From Thermodesulfovibrionales bacterium (GTDB lineage: Bacteria > Nitrospirota > Thermodesulfovibrionia > Thermodesulfovibrionales > SM23-35): 64,000 bases of DNA. Position numbers and translations under genes: made by a program. This document shows, in pieces, positions 24,386 through 35,069 of this stretch (positions within the stretch are counted from its first letter, which is position 1; every line of letters starts with the position of its first letter). Location: contig JAVHLL010000002.1 in the NCBI GenBank assembly GCA_031082155.1, forward strand, positions 65,206-129,205, written 5' to 3'. The notes beneath the pieces are model-generated. The model was given only the letters and a program-made list of their open reading frames with translations, had not been told where the DNA came from and searched no databases.

Positions 24386-27300
24386 ATGGAACCGGATAAT
24401 CCGATACGCATCTTGTTTGTAGAAGACGTTCCTTATGACGCGGAGATTGCCGAAAGAGAATTGCGAAAAAACGGAATTCAGTTCACGTCTACCAGAGTTG
24501 ATACAAAAGAAACGTTCCTGAAGACGCTGGAAGAATTTAGGCCGGACATAATCATATCGGATTACGCAATGCCGGAATTTGACGGAATGCAAGCTCTGAA
24601 ACTCACAAAAGGATATGATTCTTTAATTCCATTTATTATTTTAACCGGCTCAATCAACGAAGAGACCGCTGTTAGATGCATGAAAGCCGGTGCAACGGAT
24701 TATGTCCTGAAAGACCGGATGAAAAGACTGCCATTTGCCGTTAACGAAGCTCTGGGACAAAAGAAAATGCGTTTAGAGAAAGAAAAAGTCGGGATGGCAT
24801 TGCGGGAAAGCGATGAAAGACTAAGAGAAGCACAGAAAATGGCACGATTGGGTCACTGGCGGTGGAACGTGAAGACAGGCGTCGTCGAATGGTCGGAGGA
24901 AATATTCAAGATATTTCATCTTGACCCAGACAAATTCATCCCCCAGATCGATTCAATCCAGGCATTATCGCCCTGGCCCGAATATCATGAGCGCGACAAG
25001 GAATTGATCCGTAGGGCGATGGAAAATCGTGAAATTGGCGATTACGAACAGCGGTTTCTTCGTCCGGACGGAAGTATCGGATATTACCATTCGACGTTCC
25101 AGGGCAACTACGATGACGAAGGGAACCTCATTTTTATTATAGGGACGGTGCAGGATATCACCGAGCGCAAATTGGCAGAGGAAGCGTTGCGAGAAAGCGA
25201 GGAGCGTTTTCGAACACTGGTTGAGTCCGCACCGGAAGCCATTTTTGTCCAGAGTGAAGGATTTTACGTCTATCTCAATTCTGCCATGCTTAAACTGATG
25301 AGGGCCTCGATGCCTGAGCAACTGCTTGGTAAGGAGTTCATGAAACAGATAGCGCCGGAATATCACGAAGCAATCCGTGAACGCATCCGAGTGCAATGCG
25401 AGACCAGAAAACCGGCGCTGCCCATGGAACAGGAGTACCTCCGTCTGGACGGCTCAAGGGTTTCGGTTGAGACCACTGCAATAGCCATTCGTTTCCAGAA
25501 TCGTGATGCACATCTGGTCTTTATCAGAGATATCACTGAACGCAAGCAGAAGGAGGAGGCAATAAGGGAAAGCGAAGCTTTTATTAAAGCGGTATTAGAT
25601 AATCTTCCTGTGGGAGTTGCGGTAAACTCTGTTGATCCTAAGGTAACTTTTAATTACATGAATGAAAACTTTCCAAGGTTTTACCGGACAACAAGGGAGA
25701 AACTTACCACCCCTGACGCTTTTTGGAGTGCCGTCTATGAGGATACGGCTTTCAGGGAAACGATAAGGAAGAGGGTCTTGGATGACTGCGCCAGTGGGAA
25801 CCCGGAGCATATGTATTGGGCGGATATTCCGATTACTCGCAAAGGAGAAGGGACATCTTTCATCACAGCGAGAAATATACCCGTTCCCAATAAACCGTTC
25901 ATGATATCAACAGTTTTGGATGTCACCGCCCGTAAACTGGCTGAGGAGGAGATGAAAAAGCTTATTACCGCTGTTGAACATTCAGCAGACTGGATACTTA
26001 TTACCGATCGGGAAGGAAGAATCGAATATGTGAACAAGTCAGTGGAGAACATATCAGGATATATCAAAGAAGAGCTTATAGGAAAAAACCCGGGAATATT
26101 TAAATCAGGTAAGCATAACAGGAAATTCTTTAAGGAAATGTGGGAGACAATATGCTCCGGAAATATTTATTCTGCAATAGTGACAAACAGAAAGAAATCC
26201 GGTGAGATCTTCGAACTCCACTACACCATAACACCGCTGAAAGATCAGGATGGGAACGTTCACCACTTTGTGGCTACAGCAAAGGACATTACGGAGAAGA
26301 AACTTCTTGAGGAGCGGCTTGACTATATGGCGTATTACGACTCACTCACAGGGCTATCGAACAAGAAACTCTTCGCAGACAGGCTGGCACAGTCACTGTC
26401 ATCTGCCGAACAGCAGCGCATGAATGTTGCTGTCTTGTTGTTGGATATTGACAGGTTCACGAGCCTTAATGAGACCTACGGGTATGAGACGGGTGATGGG
26501 ATATTGAAGGAAACGGGCAGGAGGCTTTCTCAAGATATCTGCAGAGATTGTACCGTAGGCCGTATTGATGCCGATAAGTTCGGCATGATACTCGTTGACA
26601 TACAACATTCCGAGGATGTTATTCTGGCCCTGGAAAAAATTCAGAGCACCTTCAAAAAACCAGTTAAAGGAGAACGGGAAGAGATTGTTATAACGCTGAG
26701 CGCAGGGATCGCGCTGTTCCCCGGAGACGGGAAAGAACCCGAAGTTCTCATGCAAAACGCCGAGGTTGCACTTGCAAAGGCAAAGACAGGCGGTATTAAC
26801 ATGTACCAGTTCTTTACCGCAGAAATGAACAAGAGGGCAACAGAGTTTATCCGTCTGCAAAGGCATCTCTTCAATGCCCTTGCGCTGAATGAGTTTGTCA
26901 TGCACTATCAGCCCTATTTTGACAGTAATTCACGCGAAATGGTCGGCATAGAAGCCTTAATCCGATGGAACAGTTCAGAGTTCGGTTTAGTCTCGCCAGG
27001 ACTCTTTATCCCTATCCTTGAAGAAACCGGTATGATCATTGATGTTGGAAAATGGATAATACAAAACGTATGCAGACAGATCAAGGAATGGATGGACAAG
27101 GGGTACAAATCTTCCCTCGTCCCGGTGTATGTGAATCTCTCTTTAGCCCAGTTCGCCCAGAGGGATTTATCAGATTTCATAGAGAAGACCATCGGAGAAA
27201 CCGGTATCTATCCAAGTTTCCTGGGGTTTGAAATCACAGAGAGCATATTCATGCAGGACGTTCAGCATACACAGGGAGTTCTTGAAAAACTCAGGCAGAA

Positions 27301-27628
27301 GGGAATTTCTGTGAACATCGATGACTTCGGGACAGGATATTCATCATTAAGTAACCTGAAGCGACTCCCCGTGAACAACCTGAAGATAGATATTTCTTTT
27401 ATACGGGATGTAACAAATAATCCTGATGATGCTTCGATAGTGATAACAATTATTTCAATGGCGCACAACCTGAATCTGAAGACTATCGCAGAGGGGGTTG
27501 AGACAGAAGAACAATGGAAAATCCTCCGTATTTTGAAATGCGACATGGTACAGGGATATTATTTCAGCAAACCTCTGCCGGCAGAGAAACTTGATCAAAT
27601 ATTTCTTGGTGGCACAATTGGACAATAA
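24386..27628 (+). CDS. response regulator REC-PAS(x3-4)-GGDEF(degenerate)-EAL protein
   Basis: Start at ATG 24386 (GGAGGAG RBS) gives MEPDNPIRILFVEDVPYD...IISDYAMPEFDG (REC). The GGDEF position reads RIDADKF. EAL motifs EALIRW and DDFGTGYSSL are intact. Confidence 0.9.
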   Translation: MEPDNPIRILFVEDVPYDAEIAERELRKNGIQFTSTRVDTKETFLKTLEEFRPDIIISDYAMPEFDGMQALKLTKGYDSLIPFIILTGSINEETAVRCMKAGATDYVLKDRMKRLPFAVNEALGQKKMRLEKEKVGMALRESDERLREAQKMARLGHWRWNVKTGVVEWSEEIFKIFHLDPDKFIPQIDSIQALSPWPEYHERDKELIRRAMENREIGDYEQRFLRPDGSIGYYHSTFQGNYDDEGNLIFIIGTVQDITERKLAEEALRESEERFRTLVESAPEAIFVQSEGFYVYLNSAMLKLMRASMPEQLLGKEFMKQIAPEYHEAIRERIRVQCETRKPALPMEQEYLRLDGSRVSVETTAIAIRFQNRDAHLVFIRDITERKQKEEAIRESEAFIKAVLDNLPVGVAVNSVDPKVTFNYMNENFPRFYRTTREKLTTPDAFWSAVYEDTAFRETIRKRVLDDCASGNPEHMYWADIPITRKGEGTSFITARNIPVPNKPFMISTVLDVTARKLAEEEMKKLITAVEHSADWILITDREGRIEYVNKSVENISGYIKEELIGKNPGIFKSGKHNRKFFKEMWETICSGNIYSAIVTNRKKSGEIFELHYTITPLKDQDGNVHHFVATAKDITEKKLLEERLDYMAYYDSLTGLSNKKLFADRLAQSLSSAEQQRMNVAVLLLDIDRFTSLNETYGYETGDGILKETGRRLSQDICRDCTVGRIDADKFGMILVDIQHSEDVILALEKIQSTFKKPVKGEREEIVITLSAGIALFPGDGKEPEVLMQNAEVALAKAKTGGINMYQFFTAEMNKRATEFIRLQRHLFNALALNEFVMHYQPYFDSNSREMVGIEALIRWNSSEFGLVSPGLFIPILEETGMIIDVGKWIIQNVCRQIKEWMDKGYKSSLVPVYVNLSLAQFAQRDLSDFIEKTIGETGIYPSFLGFEITESIFMQDVQHTQGVLEKLRQKGISVNIDDFGTGYSSLSNLKRLPVNNLKIDISFIRDVTNNPDDASIVITIISMAHNLNLKTIAEGVETEEQWKILRILKCDMVQGYYFSKPLPAEKLDQIFLGGTIGQ

Positions 27629-27865
27629 ACGAAGACACAGGCGATATTCTGTAACGGGTTTGGCAGGTATACAGTTCCATGAAGAAATTAATCCTCACAA
27701 CCAGCCTTCACTATACGAGCATATGAATACTGTCTCACTATTGGACAAATAATACTTATGACGCATTCTCAGGTAAATCCGGAATGGGCAGGGAAGCACG
27801 TTTATCTTAAGAATTCCATGAGGCTTGCATCAGATTTCTGACAATAATAAAATAGAGGATAACCG

Positions 27866-27967
27866 ATGAAAACAGCACTGAGCATTGAAGACGGTTATAT
27901 CGAGAAACCCATCGACCCGGAATGGGTCATATCCCAGATCAGGCAACTGACCGGTGAAACAGCATGA
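27866..27967 (+). pseudogene. receiver-domain C-terminal fragment (relic or mini-ORF)
   Basis: MKTALSIEDGYIEKPIDPEWVISQIRQLTGETA matches the alpha4-beta5-alpha5 region of REC domains (G..DYI.KPID). Its stop overlaps the next ATG (ATGA). Confidence 0.5.
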
Positions 27968-30573
27968 AGATACTGATCGTAGAGGATGATGACAACTCAA
28001 GGGTTTTTCTTGAGCGTGCGCTCCTGAGCCAGGGATACACTGTTGAGAACGCTGCTGATGGCATCCAGGCGCTGGAAAAAGCCGTTCTGTCGCCTCCTGA
28101 TCTGATTATATCGGATATCATGATGCCGGAAATGGATGGTTTTGAACTCTGCCGCAGGGTAAAGACGGATGAACGGCTCTACACCATCCCCTTTGTTTTT
28201 TATACGGCCACCTATATCGAAGAGAAAGATGAGAAGCTGGCGATGGCGCTTGGTGCGTCACGTTTTCTTATAAAACCGATGGAACCGGAGGCTTTTTTCA
28301 ATGCCATCAGAGGAGTAATCGAAGAGGACCGGGCACGGGCTCTTCCTGTTGCGGACCGGCAACTTACGGATATGCCGGATCTGGACAGGATGCAGGGAGA
28401 AGCTCTGTCCCGGAAATTAGACAAAAAGGTGCGGGAACTTGAGGAAGAGCGTGAAGAATTCCGAAGAGTCCACCGGGACTGGGAGGATATCTTTCAGGCC
28501 ATAGGAAATCCGACAATAATACTTGATGTACAACACACTATTCTATCGGCAAACAAGGCTACGGTGAAAGCAGTTGGAGCAAATTCCGAAGAAGAACTTA
28601 TTGGGGAAAAATGCTATGAAATATTTCACAATGCCAGCAAGCCGCCTAAGGACTGCCCGCTCCAAAAAATGCTTGCATCAGAAAAACTTGAGGAGAGTGA
28701 AATGGAGGTGGAAGTCCTTGGTGGAATCTTCCTTGTCTCATGCACTCCTGTATTTGATGAAAAAGGCAATCTTCAAAAAATAATTCACATAGCAACTGAT
28801 ATCACCGATCGTAAGCTGGCGGAGGAAGAGCTCCACGCTTTATCCTCGAAACAGGAAGCCATTCTTGCCGCAGTACCGGACATTATAATGGAAGTGGGCG
28901 CAAACAAAGTATACACCTGGGCGAATCAGACGGGCAAAGAGTTTTTCGGTGAGGATGTGATCGGAAAGGAAGCTGCTTTTTACTTTGAAGAAGAGCAGGA
29001 AACCTATAAAACAGTCCAGCCGCTCTTTAACGGCAATGAACACGTAATCTATGTCGAGAGCTGGCAGCGCAGAAAAGATGGCGAAAAGCGCCTGTTGGCC
29101 TGGTGGTGCAGGGTACTCAAAAATGCAGCGGGAAATGTGACCGGCGCGCTTTCTTCTGCGCGAGATATCACCGAGCGCAAGCTGGCGGAAGATGAAATAA
29201 GAAAGCTGAATGCCGAGCTTGAACAGCGCGTGGCAGAACGCACCGAACAGCTTGAAGCTTCTAACAGGAAACTTGAAAATGAAATCATGGAACGTATACA
29301 AAAAGAAGAAAGGATTCAGAGACAAAATAGCCTTCTGGAAGGGATCAACTGGATCGTAAGGGAGGCATTAACTGTTGAAACCGAGGAAGAAGTATCAGGT
29401 CAATGTCTTGCTATTGCTGAGGGATTGACCGGAAGCAGATTCGGGTTTATAGATGAATTGAATGAAGCAGGCACAATGGACAGCATGACATTAAGCAACC
29501 CCGGCTGGGAGGTCTGCAAAATGCTGCACACTGATGCTGCAATTCTGTTGAAAAAAATTCCGGTTCGTGGCATATATGCTGACGTCATAAAAAAAGGTAT
29601 ATCTCTGATTATCAATGACCCTGGTTCTCACCCTGACAGAGTTGGTGTACCTGAAGGGCATCCTCAAATTACAACATTCCTTGGAGTTCCACTGAAACAG
29701 GGGAAGAAAGTCATCGGATTAATCGGTCTGGCAAACAAAGAGTCTGGGTATGACGCAGACGACCAGCAAGCCATTGAAATGCTGGCTGTTGCTTTTGTTG
29801 AAGCCTTAGCCCGTATACGAGCCGAAAAACTTATTAAAACCCTTAATAAAGAGCTTCAGCAGAGCTTGGATGAATTTTCCTATGCAAACAAAGAACTCGA
29901 AGCTTTTTCCTACTCTGTCTCTCACGACCTGCGTGCACCCTTGAGGGCAATTGACGGATTCACAGAAATTCTTCTGAAAGAATACAGTACGAAGATGGAT
30001 GATGAAGGGAAAAGGATCTGCTCCATAATCATCAGGAACTCGAAGAAGATGGGGCAGCTCATTGACGAACTTCTGTCGTTATCGCGTCTTGGTCGTGCTG
30101 AGATGCATTTTGCTTCAATTGACATGAATGACTTGGCAAATACAGTATATGATGAACTTACCACACCAGAGATGCGTCAGCTGATCGATTTTCAGCCCGG
30201 TGATTTATATAAAGCCACCGGCGATCTAACATTAATAAGACAGGTATGGATGAATCTGATAGGGAATGCGATAAAATTCACTTCACACCGTGAGCGGGCG
30301 GTCATTTCCGTTACCTGCAAAAAGGAAGAAGACCAGGTGATCTATTGTGTTCAGGATAACGGCGCAGGGTTTGACATGCAATATGCGGATAAACTCTTCA
30401 AGGTTTTTCACCGACTGCACAGCGAAAAAGAGTTTGAAGGCACCGGAGTGGGGCTTGCGATTGTGCAGCGTGTTATTCACCGGCATGGCGGGAAAGTATG
30501 GGCGGAGGGAGAAGTGGATAAAGGAGCGGCATTCTGTTTTTCGATACCGGGGAAAGAAGACAATAGTGAATAG
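27964..30573 (+). CDS. hybrid sensor kinase REC-PAS-PAS-GAF-HisKA-HATPase_c
   Basis: KILIVEDDDNS...IISDIMMPEMDG (REC), PAS modules, and FSYSVSHDLRAPL plus NLIGNAIKFT / GTGVGLAIVQRVIHRHGGKVWAEG. It is a paralog of the 20321-24136 kinase core. Confidence 0.9.
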   Translation: MKILIVEDDDNSRVFLERALLSQGYTVENAADGIQALEKAVLSPPDLIISDIMMPEMDGFELCRRVKTDERLYTIPFVFYTATYIEEKDEKLAMALGASRFLIKPMEPEAFFNAIRGVIEEDRARALPVADRQLTDMPDLDRMQGEALSRKLDKKVRELEEEREEFRRVHRDWEDIFQAIGNPTIILDVQHTILSANKATVKAVGANSEEELIGEKCYEIFHNASKPPKDCPLQKMLASEKLEESEMEVEVLGGIFLVSCTPVFDEKGNLQKIIHIATDITDRKLAEEELHALSSKQEAILAAVPDIIMEVGANKVYTWANQTGKEFFGEDVIGKEAAFYFEEEQETYKTVQPLFNGNEHVIYVESWQRRKDGEKRLLAWWCRVLKNAAGNVTGALSSARDITERKLAEDEIRKLNAELEQRVAERTEQLEASNRKLENEIMERIQKEERIQRQNSLLEGINWIVREALTVETEEEVSGQCLAIAEGLTGSRFGFIDELNEAGTMDSMTLSNPGWEVCKMLHTDAAILLKKIPVRGIYADVIKKGISLIINDPGSHPDRVGVPEGHPQITTFLGVPLKQGKKVIGLIGLANKESGYDADDQQAIEMLAVAFVEALARIRAEKLIKTLNKELQQSLDEFSYANKELEAFSYSVSHDLRAPLRAIDGFTEILLKEYSTKMDDEGKRICSIIIRNSKKMGQLIDELLSLSRLGRAEMHFASIDMNDLANTVYDELTTPEMRQLIDFQPGDLYKATGDLTLIRQVWMNLIGNAIKFTSHRERAVISVTCKKEEDQVIYCVQDNGAGFDMQYADKLFKVFHRLHSEKEFEGTGVGLAIVQRVIHRHGGKVWAEGEVDKGAAFCFSIPGKEDNSE

Positions 30574-30669
30574 GCAATAGACAACAGGCAATAGTGAACA
30601 AGTGAAAATATTCAAAATCAAATGGTACCGGATACTATTGCCTTATGCTTCTCGTTTCAAGGAGTCTTT

Positions 30670-33663
30670 ATGGAAACACCATATCGTGTTCTGATTGTTG
30701 AGGATGTCCCCACAGATGCTGAATTGAACGAAAGGGCAATACAAGAGGTATTGACCCCGTGTGTTTTCAAAAGGGTAGAAACTGAAGAAGCTTTTCTGAG
30801 GGCCCTTGATGAGTTTAAACCGGATATCATCATTTCGGATTACATAATGCCCTCTTTTGACGGCATGACTGCCCTGAAATTAACACTGGAAAGAACGCCC
30901 CTTATTCCCTTTATAATCGTTACCGGTTCGATGAATGAAGACACCGCGGTTAACTGCATGAAGGAAGGAGCAACCAATTATGTGATAAAACAGTCTCTGA
31001 AGCGACTTGGGCCCGCTGTTCTCCATGCCCTTGAAGAGAAGAAGATACGCCTGGAGAAGATAAAGGCTGAAGAGGCCCTGAAAGATGAAGCGAACCGGCG
31101 TCAAATTCTGATGGAGCAATCCAGGGACGGGATCGTTATTCTCGATCAAAACGGCAAGGTATACGAAGCAAACAAAGCATTCGCCGACATGCTTGGGTAT
31201 TCCACCGAGCAAGTTCGTCATCTCCATGTATGGGACTGGGATTACCAATGGACCGCCGAACAACTCATTGAAATGATCCGCCTTGTCGATGCCGCTGGAG
31301 ATCATTTCGAGACCCGTCACCGTCGCAAGGACGGCAGCATTTATGAAGTGGACATAAGCACCAATGGGGCCCTGTTGGGGGGGCAAAAACTGGTATTTTG
31401 CGTATGCCGGGATATTTCTGAGCGAAGATCTGCTGAAAGGTCGTTGCGTAAGAGCGAAGAACGCTTACGTGTTCTGATGAGCAACCTCCCGGGCATGGCC
31501 TATCAATGCCTGAATGCTCCCGGCTGGCCGCTGGAATTCGTCAGTCAGGGATGTAGTGCGCTGACTGGGTACAAACCGGAGGAATTATTGGGAAAGGATG
31601 CAATCCTGTTTGAAGACATTATTCACCCGGAAGACCGGAAAGAGGTATATGACAAGGTTCAGGAACATGTACGACTTGGGCGCAGATTTCATCTGGAATA
31701 CCGTATTACTACAAAACAGGGAGATGAGAAACACGTGTGGGAACAGGGCCAGCTTGTAACTGACCCCGGGGGAGAGGGACAGTGGCTGGAAGGCTTCATA
31801 ATGGACATCTCCGAGCACAGGAAGGCAGAGATTGCATTGGAGCAATCGGATGCAGAGCTTCACGATGCCTACTTTTCCGAGGCCGTGATCAACATGATAT
31901 TGAGCGAATCATTGAACAATATACCGTTGAAAGAATTTTTACAGAAATCTCTCCATATGATATTCTCGATTCCCTGGATCGCGCTGCAACCAATTGGCAG
32001 CATATCGCTTGTGGAAGATGATATGGATGCCTTAGTGATGAAAACCCATAGCAGTATCCCCGAAAAACTGGAAAACTTATGTGGTCATATTTCATTTGGA
32101 CAATGTCTGTGCGGAAAAGCGGCACAAAGCCAGGAAATACAGTTTGCCGACCACATAGATGAGCAGCATGAAATCTGCTGCGATGAAATCTCTCCCCATG
32201 GTCATTATGCAGTGCCCATTGTGTTTAGCCGCAGGACACTGGGTGTGCTCAATCTCTATCTGAACGAAGGGCACATCAGAAAGAAAAAAGAAGAAGATTT
32301 CCTGAATGCCATTGCCGACACGCTGGCAGGAATCATTATGCGGAAAAAAGCAGAAGAAAGGATAGAGTATTTTGCCTACTTTGATGCCCTGACAGGTCTG
32401 CCCAACAGGAACCTGTTCCTGGACAGGTTGACCCAGGGAATAGCGAGAGCCGAATACAGAAAGAAACTCGTTGCGGTTATGGCTGTTGATATCGACAGAT
32501 TCAAATTCATAAATGATACCTATGGCCTTGATGCCGGAGATGCCGTGTTGCAGGAGGTATCGAAAAGGCTCCTTTCTTCGGTCCGCGATGGGGATACCGT
32601 AGCGCGCCTTGGAAACGATGATTTCGGGGTGCTTCTCATTGATATTGCCGATTCTTCTGATATTATCCTCATCATAGAAAAGATCATGAAAAACGTTTCT
32701 CACCCCATACAATTTCATGGGAAGGAGATTATGCTGACCCTCAGCGCGGGTATCTCGGTATATCCTGATGACGGAAAGGATCCTTCCTCACACATAAAGA
32801 ATGCGGATCGTGCCATTGCAATAGCAAAGCAGCAGGGCAGGAAAAACTACCAGTTTTATACCCAGGACATGGATGTAAAGGCTGCCGAGTTTGTACAGAT
32901 GGAAAAGGACCTCTTCAACGCAATGCGCAATCAGGAGTTCATCCTGCACTATCAGCCCTACTGGGATATCAACACAAAAAAAATTGTCGGCGTGGAAGCT
33001 CTGATACGGTGGGAAAGTCCGGAATCGGGATTGATTTCCCCCGGGAAATTCATTCCGGTTCTTGAAGATACGCGAATGATCATAGAGGTGGGGGAATGGA
33101 TTCTCAGGACCGCAATCAGACAGGTTAAGGAATGGCAGAATAAGGGATATCCAGTGGTGCCTGTCTCGGTTAACCTCTCCTTAATTCAATTCAGGCAGAA
33201 GGATTTATCGGAAATGATCGAAAAGATTATCAGGGAAACAGGCTGTTATCCGTCGCTGCTTACCCTTGAAATAACAGAAAGTGCCTTTATGCATGATATA
33301 GACTTTACCTATTCGGTTCTGGCAAACCTCAAGAAGATCGGTGTTTCGGTATCGATTGACGATTTCGGGACAGGGTACTCATCCCTGGCTTATCTGAAGA
33401 GGTTCCCGGTCGACAACCTAAAAATCGATATGTCCTTTATCAGAGAGATAGCAACAGATCCGGACACCGCTTCAATCGTAACAGCAATCATAGCTATGGC
33501 GCATACACTGAACCTGAATACGATTGCGGAAGGCGTTGAGACAGAAGAGCAGTGGAAGATCCTGCGGCTTCTCAGATGTCATATGGGGCAGGGGTACTAT
33601 TTCAGCAAGCCTCTGTCGGCAGCGGAGATCGAAATATTCTTCAAGGAGCATTTACTACGATAG
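30670..33663 (+). CDS. response regulator REC-PAS-PAS-GAF-GGDEF(degenerate)-EAL protein
   Basis: Start at ATG 30670 (AAGGAG RBS) gives METPYRVLIVEDVPTD...IISDYIMPSFDG. The GGDEF position reads LGNDDF. EALIRW and DDFGTGYSSL are intact. Its C-terminus is closely paralogous to 24386-27628. Confidence 0.9.
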   Translation: METPYRVLIVEDVPTDAELNERAIQEVLTPCVFKRVETEEAFLRALDEFKPDIIISDYIMPSFDGMTALKLTLERTPLIPFIIVTGSMNEDTAVNCMKEGATNYVIKQSLKRLGPAVLHALEEKKIRLEKIKAEEALKDEANRRQILMEQSRDGIVILDQNGKVYEANKAFADMLGYSTEQVRHLHVWDWDYQWTAEQLIEMIRLVDAAGDHFETRHRRKDGSIYEVDISTNGALLGGQKLVFCVCRDISERRSAERSLRKSEERLRVLMSNLPGMAYQCLNAPGWPLEFVSQGCSALTGYKPEELLGKDAILFEDIIHPEDRKEVYDKVQEHVRLGRRFHLEYRITTKQGDEKHVWEQGQLVTDPGGEGQWLEGFIMDISEHRKAEIALEQSDAELHDAYFSEAVINMILSESLNNIPLKEFLQKSLHMIFSIPWIALQPIGSISLVEDDMDALVMKTHSSIPEKLENLCGHISFGQCLCGKAAQSQEIQFADHIDEQHEICCDEISPHGHYAVPIVFSRRTLGVLNLYLNEGHIRKKKEEDFLNAIADTLAGIIMRKKAEERIEYFAYFDALTGLPNRNLFLDRLTQGIARAEYRKKLVAVMAVDIDRFKFINDTYGLDAGDAVLQEVSKRLLSSVRDGDTVARLGNDDFGVLLIDIADSSDIILIIEKIMKNVSHPIQFHGKEIMLTLSAGISVYPDDGKDPSSHIKNADRAIAIAKQQGRKNYQFYTQDMDVKAAEFVQMEKDLFNAMRNQEFILHYQPYWDINTKKIVGVEALIRWESPESGLISPGKFIPVLEDTRMIIEVGEWILRTAIRQVKEWQNKGYPVVPVSVNLSLIQFRQKDLSEMIEKIIRETGCYPSLLTLEITESAFMHDIDFTYSVLANLKKIGVSVSIDDFGTGYSSLAYLKRFPVDNLKIDMSFIREIATDPDTASIVTAIIAMAHTLNLNTIAEGVETEEQWKILRLLRCHMGQGYYFSKPLSAAEIEIFFKEHLLR

Positions 33664-33672
33664 TATGAAAAT

Positions 33673-34899
33673 ATGGTTTCGCAGGCGCTGCTGAAAAAAA
33701 AGATCCTCTCTGACCGCTATAATGCACTGGTTTTTCAAACAGGGAAAGATCACGATATTTTTCTTGTGGGTGGATATATACGCGACCTGCTGAGAGGTTT
33801 CCGTGCACAGGACAGAGATTTCACTGTCGGGAATGATTTCGATGCATTTCTTGCAAAGATGAATATAAAAATTCCCGGCACCATCATCACCTTCAAAAAA
33901 GGGAAGGTTGCAAGATTTGTAGTAAAAAAAGGGACATTTTTTGATTTCACCCCTCTTCATGGTACTCTGAAGCATGACCTTTCACAACGGGACTTCAGCA
34001 TAAATGCTCTTGCATGGTCACCCGAGAAAGGAGTTATTGACTTACACGATGGGATACAAGATATCGGACAGAGAATAGTGCGTGCGATTTCAAAACAGAA
34101 TATTCTCTCAGATCCCTTAAGGATACTCAGAGCATACCGTTTTGCAGCAGAAATGAACGGCACAATAGAGAAAACGACAAGAAACATAATAAAATCAGCG
34201 CATTATAAGATAAAAGATGCTTCTCCTGAAAGAATTACTTTAGAACTCTTCCAATTGTTAAACCAAAATAACTCCGCAAAATACCTGAAAAATGCTTTGG
34301 ATGATATGGTATTGACAGATATATTCCCTTATAAATCAAAATGTTTGAAGAATAACATTCAATCAGTTTCTGACTTTGAACGAAGGACAAAGAAGGATTC
34401 CTATCGCATATTTAAAGCATCGCTTAAAAAAACTTATTCGCAAGTCCTTATTTATAAAGGATTATTATGCCTCGAACTCATGCTCTTACCATTCAATACC
34501 AAATCTGTCGAACAATCATGTCTCAGAATGAGCAGAAAGATACTGAAAAGATTAACATGCTTCTCCAAAGGACTCGAATATCTGGAGCAAAAAAGAACCA
34601 GTGATAAAGAACAACTGTTTCATTTATTCTACCACACGAAAGAGGCGTCTCCAGACGTTCTTCTTGCGAAAAGCATGACCGCTGATTTGAAACATTACAG
34701 GCACTATATCTCTCTATGGAAGGGCAGAAGTATAAAAACAGATTTGATTAAAAACATGTTGGACGTTGAAAGCGGCATGGTCCTTGGGAAAATAATAAGA
34801 GAAGTAAGAAAAGCGGAATTCCTTGATGAAATCAGATCAGAAGAGCAGGCGAGGAAGTATATAAAACAGAATTACCCTGAATTAGCACGAAGTAAATAA
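33673..34899 (+). CDS. tRNA nucleotidyltransferase / poly(A) polymerase family protein (CCA-adding-like)
   Basis: LVGGYIRDLLRG...DRDF and RDFSINALAW...DPLRILRAYRFA are the head-domain motifs of the PolyA_pol/CCA family. Confidence 0.8.
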   Translation: MVSQALLKKKILSDRYNALVFQTGKDHDIFLVGGYIRDLLRGFRAQDRDFTVGNDFDAFLAKMNIKIPGTIITFKKGKVARFVVKKGTFFDFTPLHGTLKHDLSQRDFSINALAWSPEKGVIDLHDGIQDIGQRIVRAISKQNILSDPLRILRAYRFAAEMNGTIEKTTRNIIKSAHYKIKDASPERITLELFQLLNQNNSAKYLKNALDDMVLTDIFPYKSKCLKNNIQSVSDFERRTKKDSYRIFKASLKKTYSQVLIYKGLLCLELMLLPFNTKSVEQSCLRMSRKILKRLTCFSKGLEYLEQKRTSDKEQLFHLFYHTKEASPDVLLAKSMTADLKHYRHYISLWKGRSIKTDLIKNMLDVESGMVLGKIIREVRKAEFLDEIRSEEQARKYIKQNYPELARSK

Positions 34900-35069
34900 A
34901 TGATATCTAATTTAACATAATATATCTTATCAGACATAATATATAAACACTCCGTGTTGATAACCTGTTACTAACCTTGCTTGAAAATTCTTCTACGCTT
35001 AGAAAACAATGGGTTTAAACGTCTGTGATTAGGTTTTAGGCAGTAAAAATAATTAGTATTTACAATGAG

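Noticed and set aside
30622-30669. ORF-track start MVPDTIALCFSFQGVF for the second REC-GGDEF-EAL gene.
   Set aside because: There is no RBS, and the REC beta-1 strand starts at METPYRVLIVED, preceded by AAGGAG.
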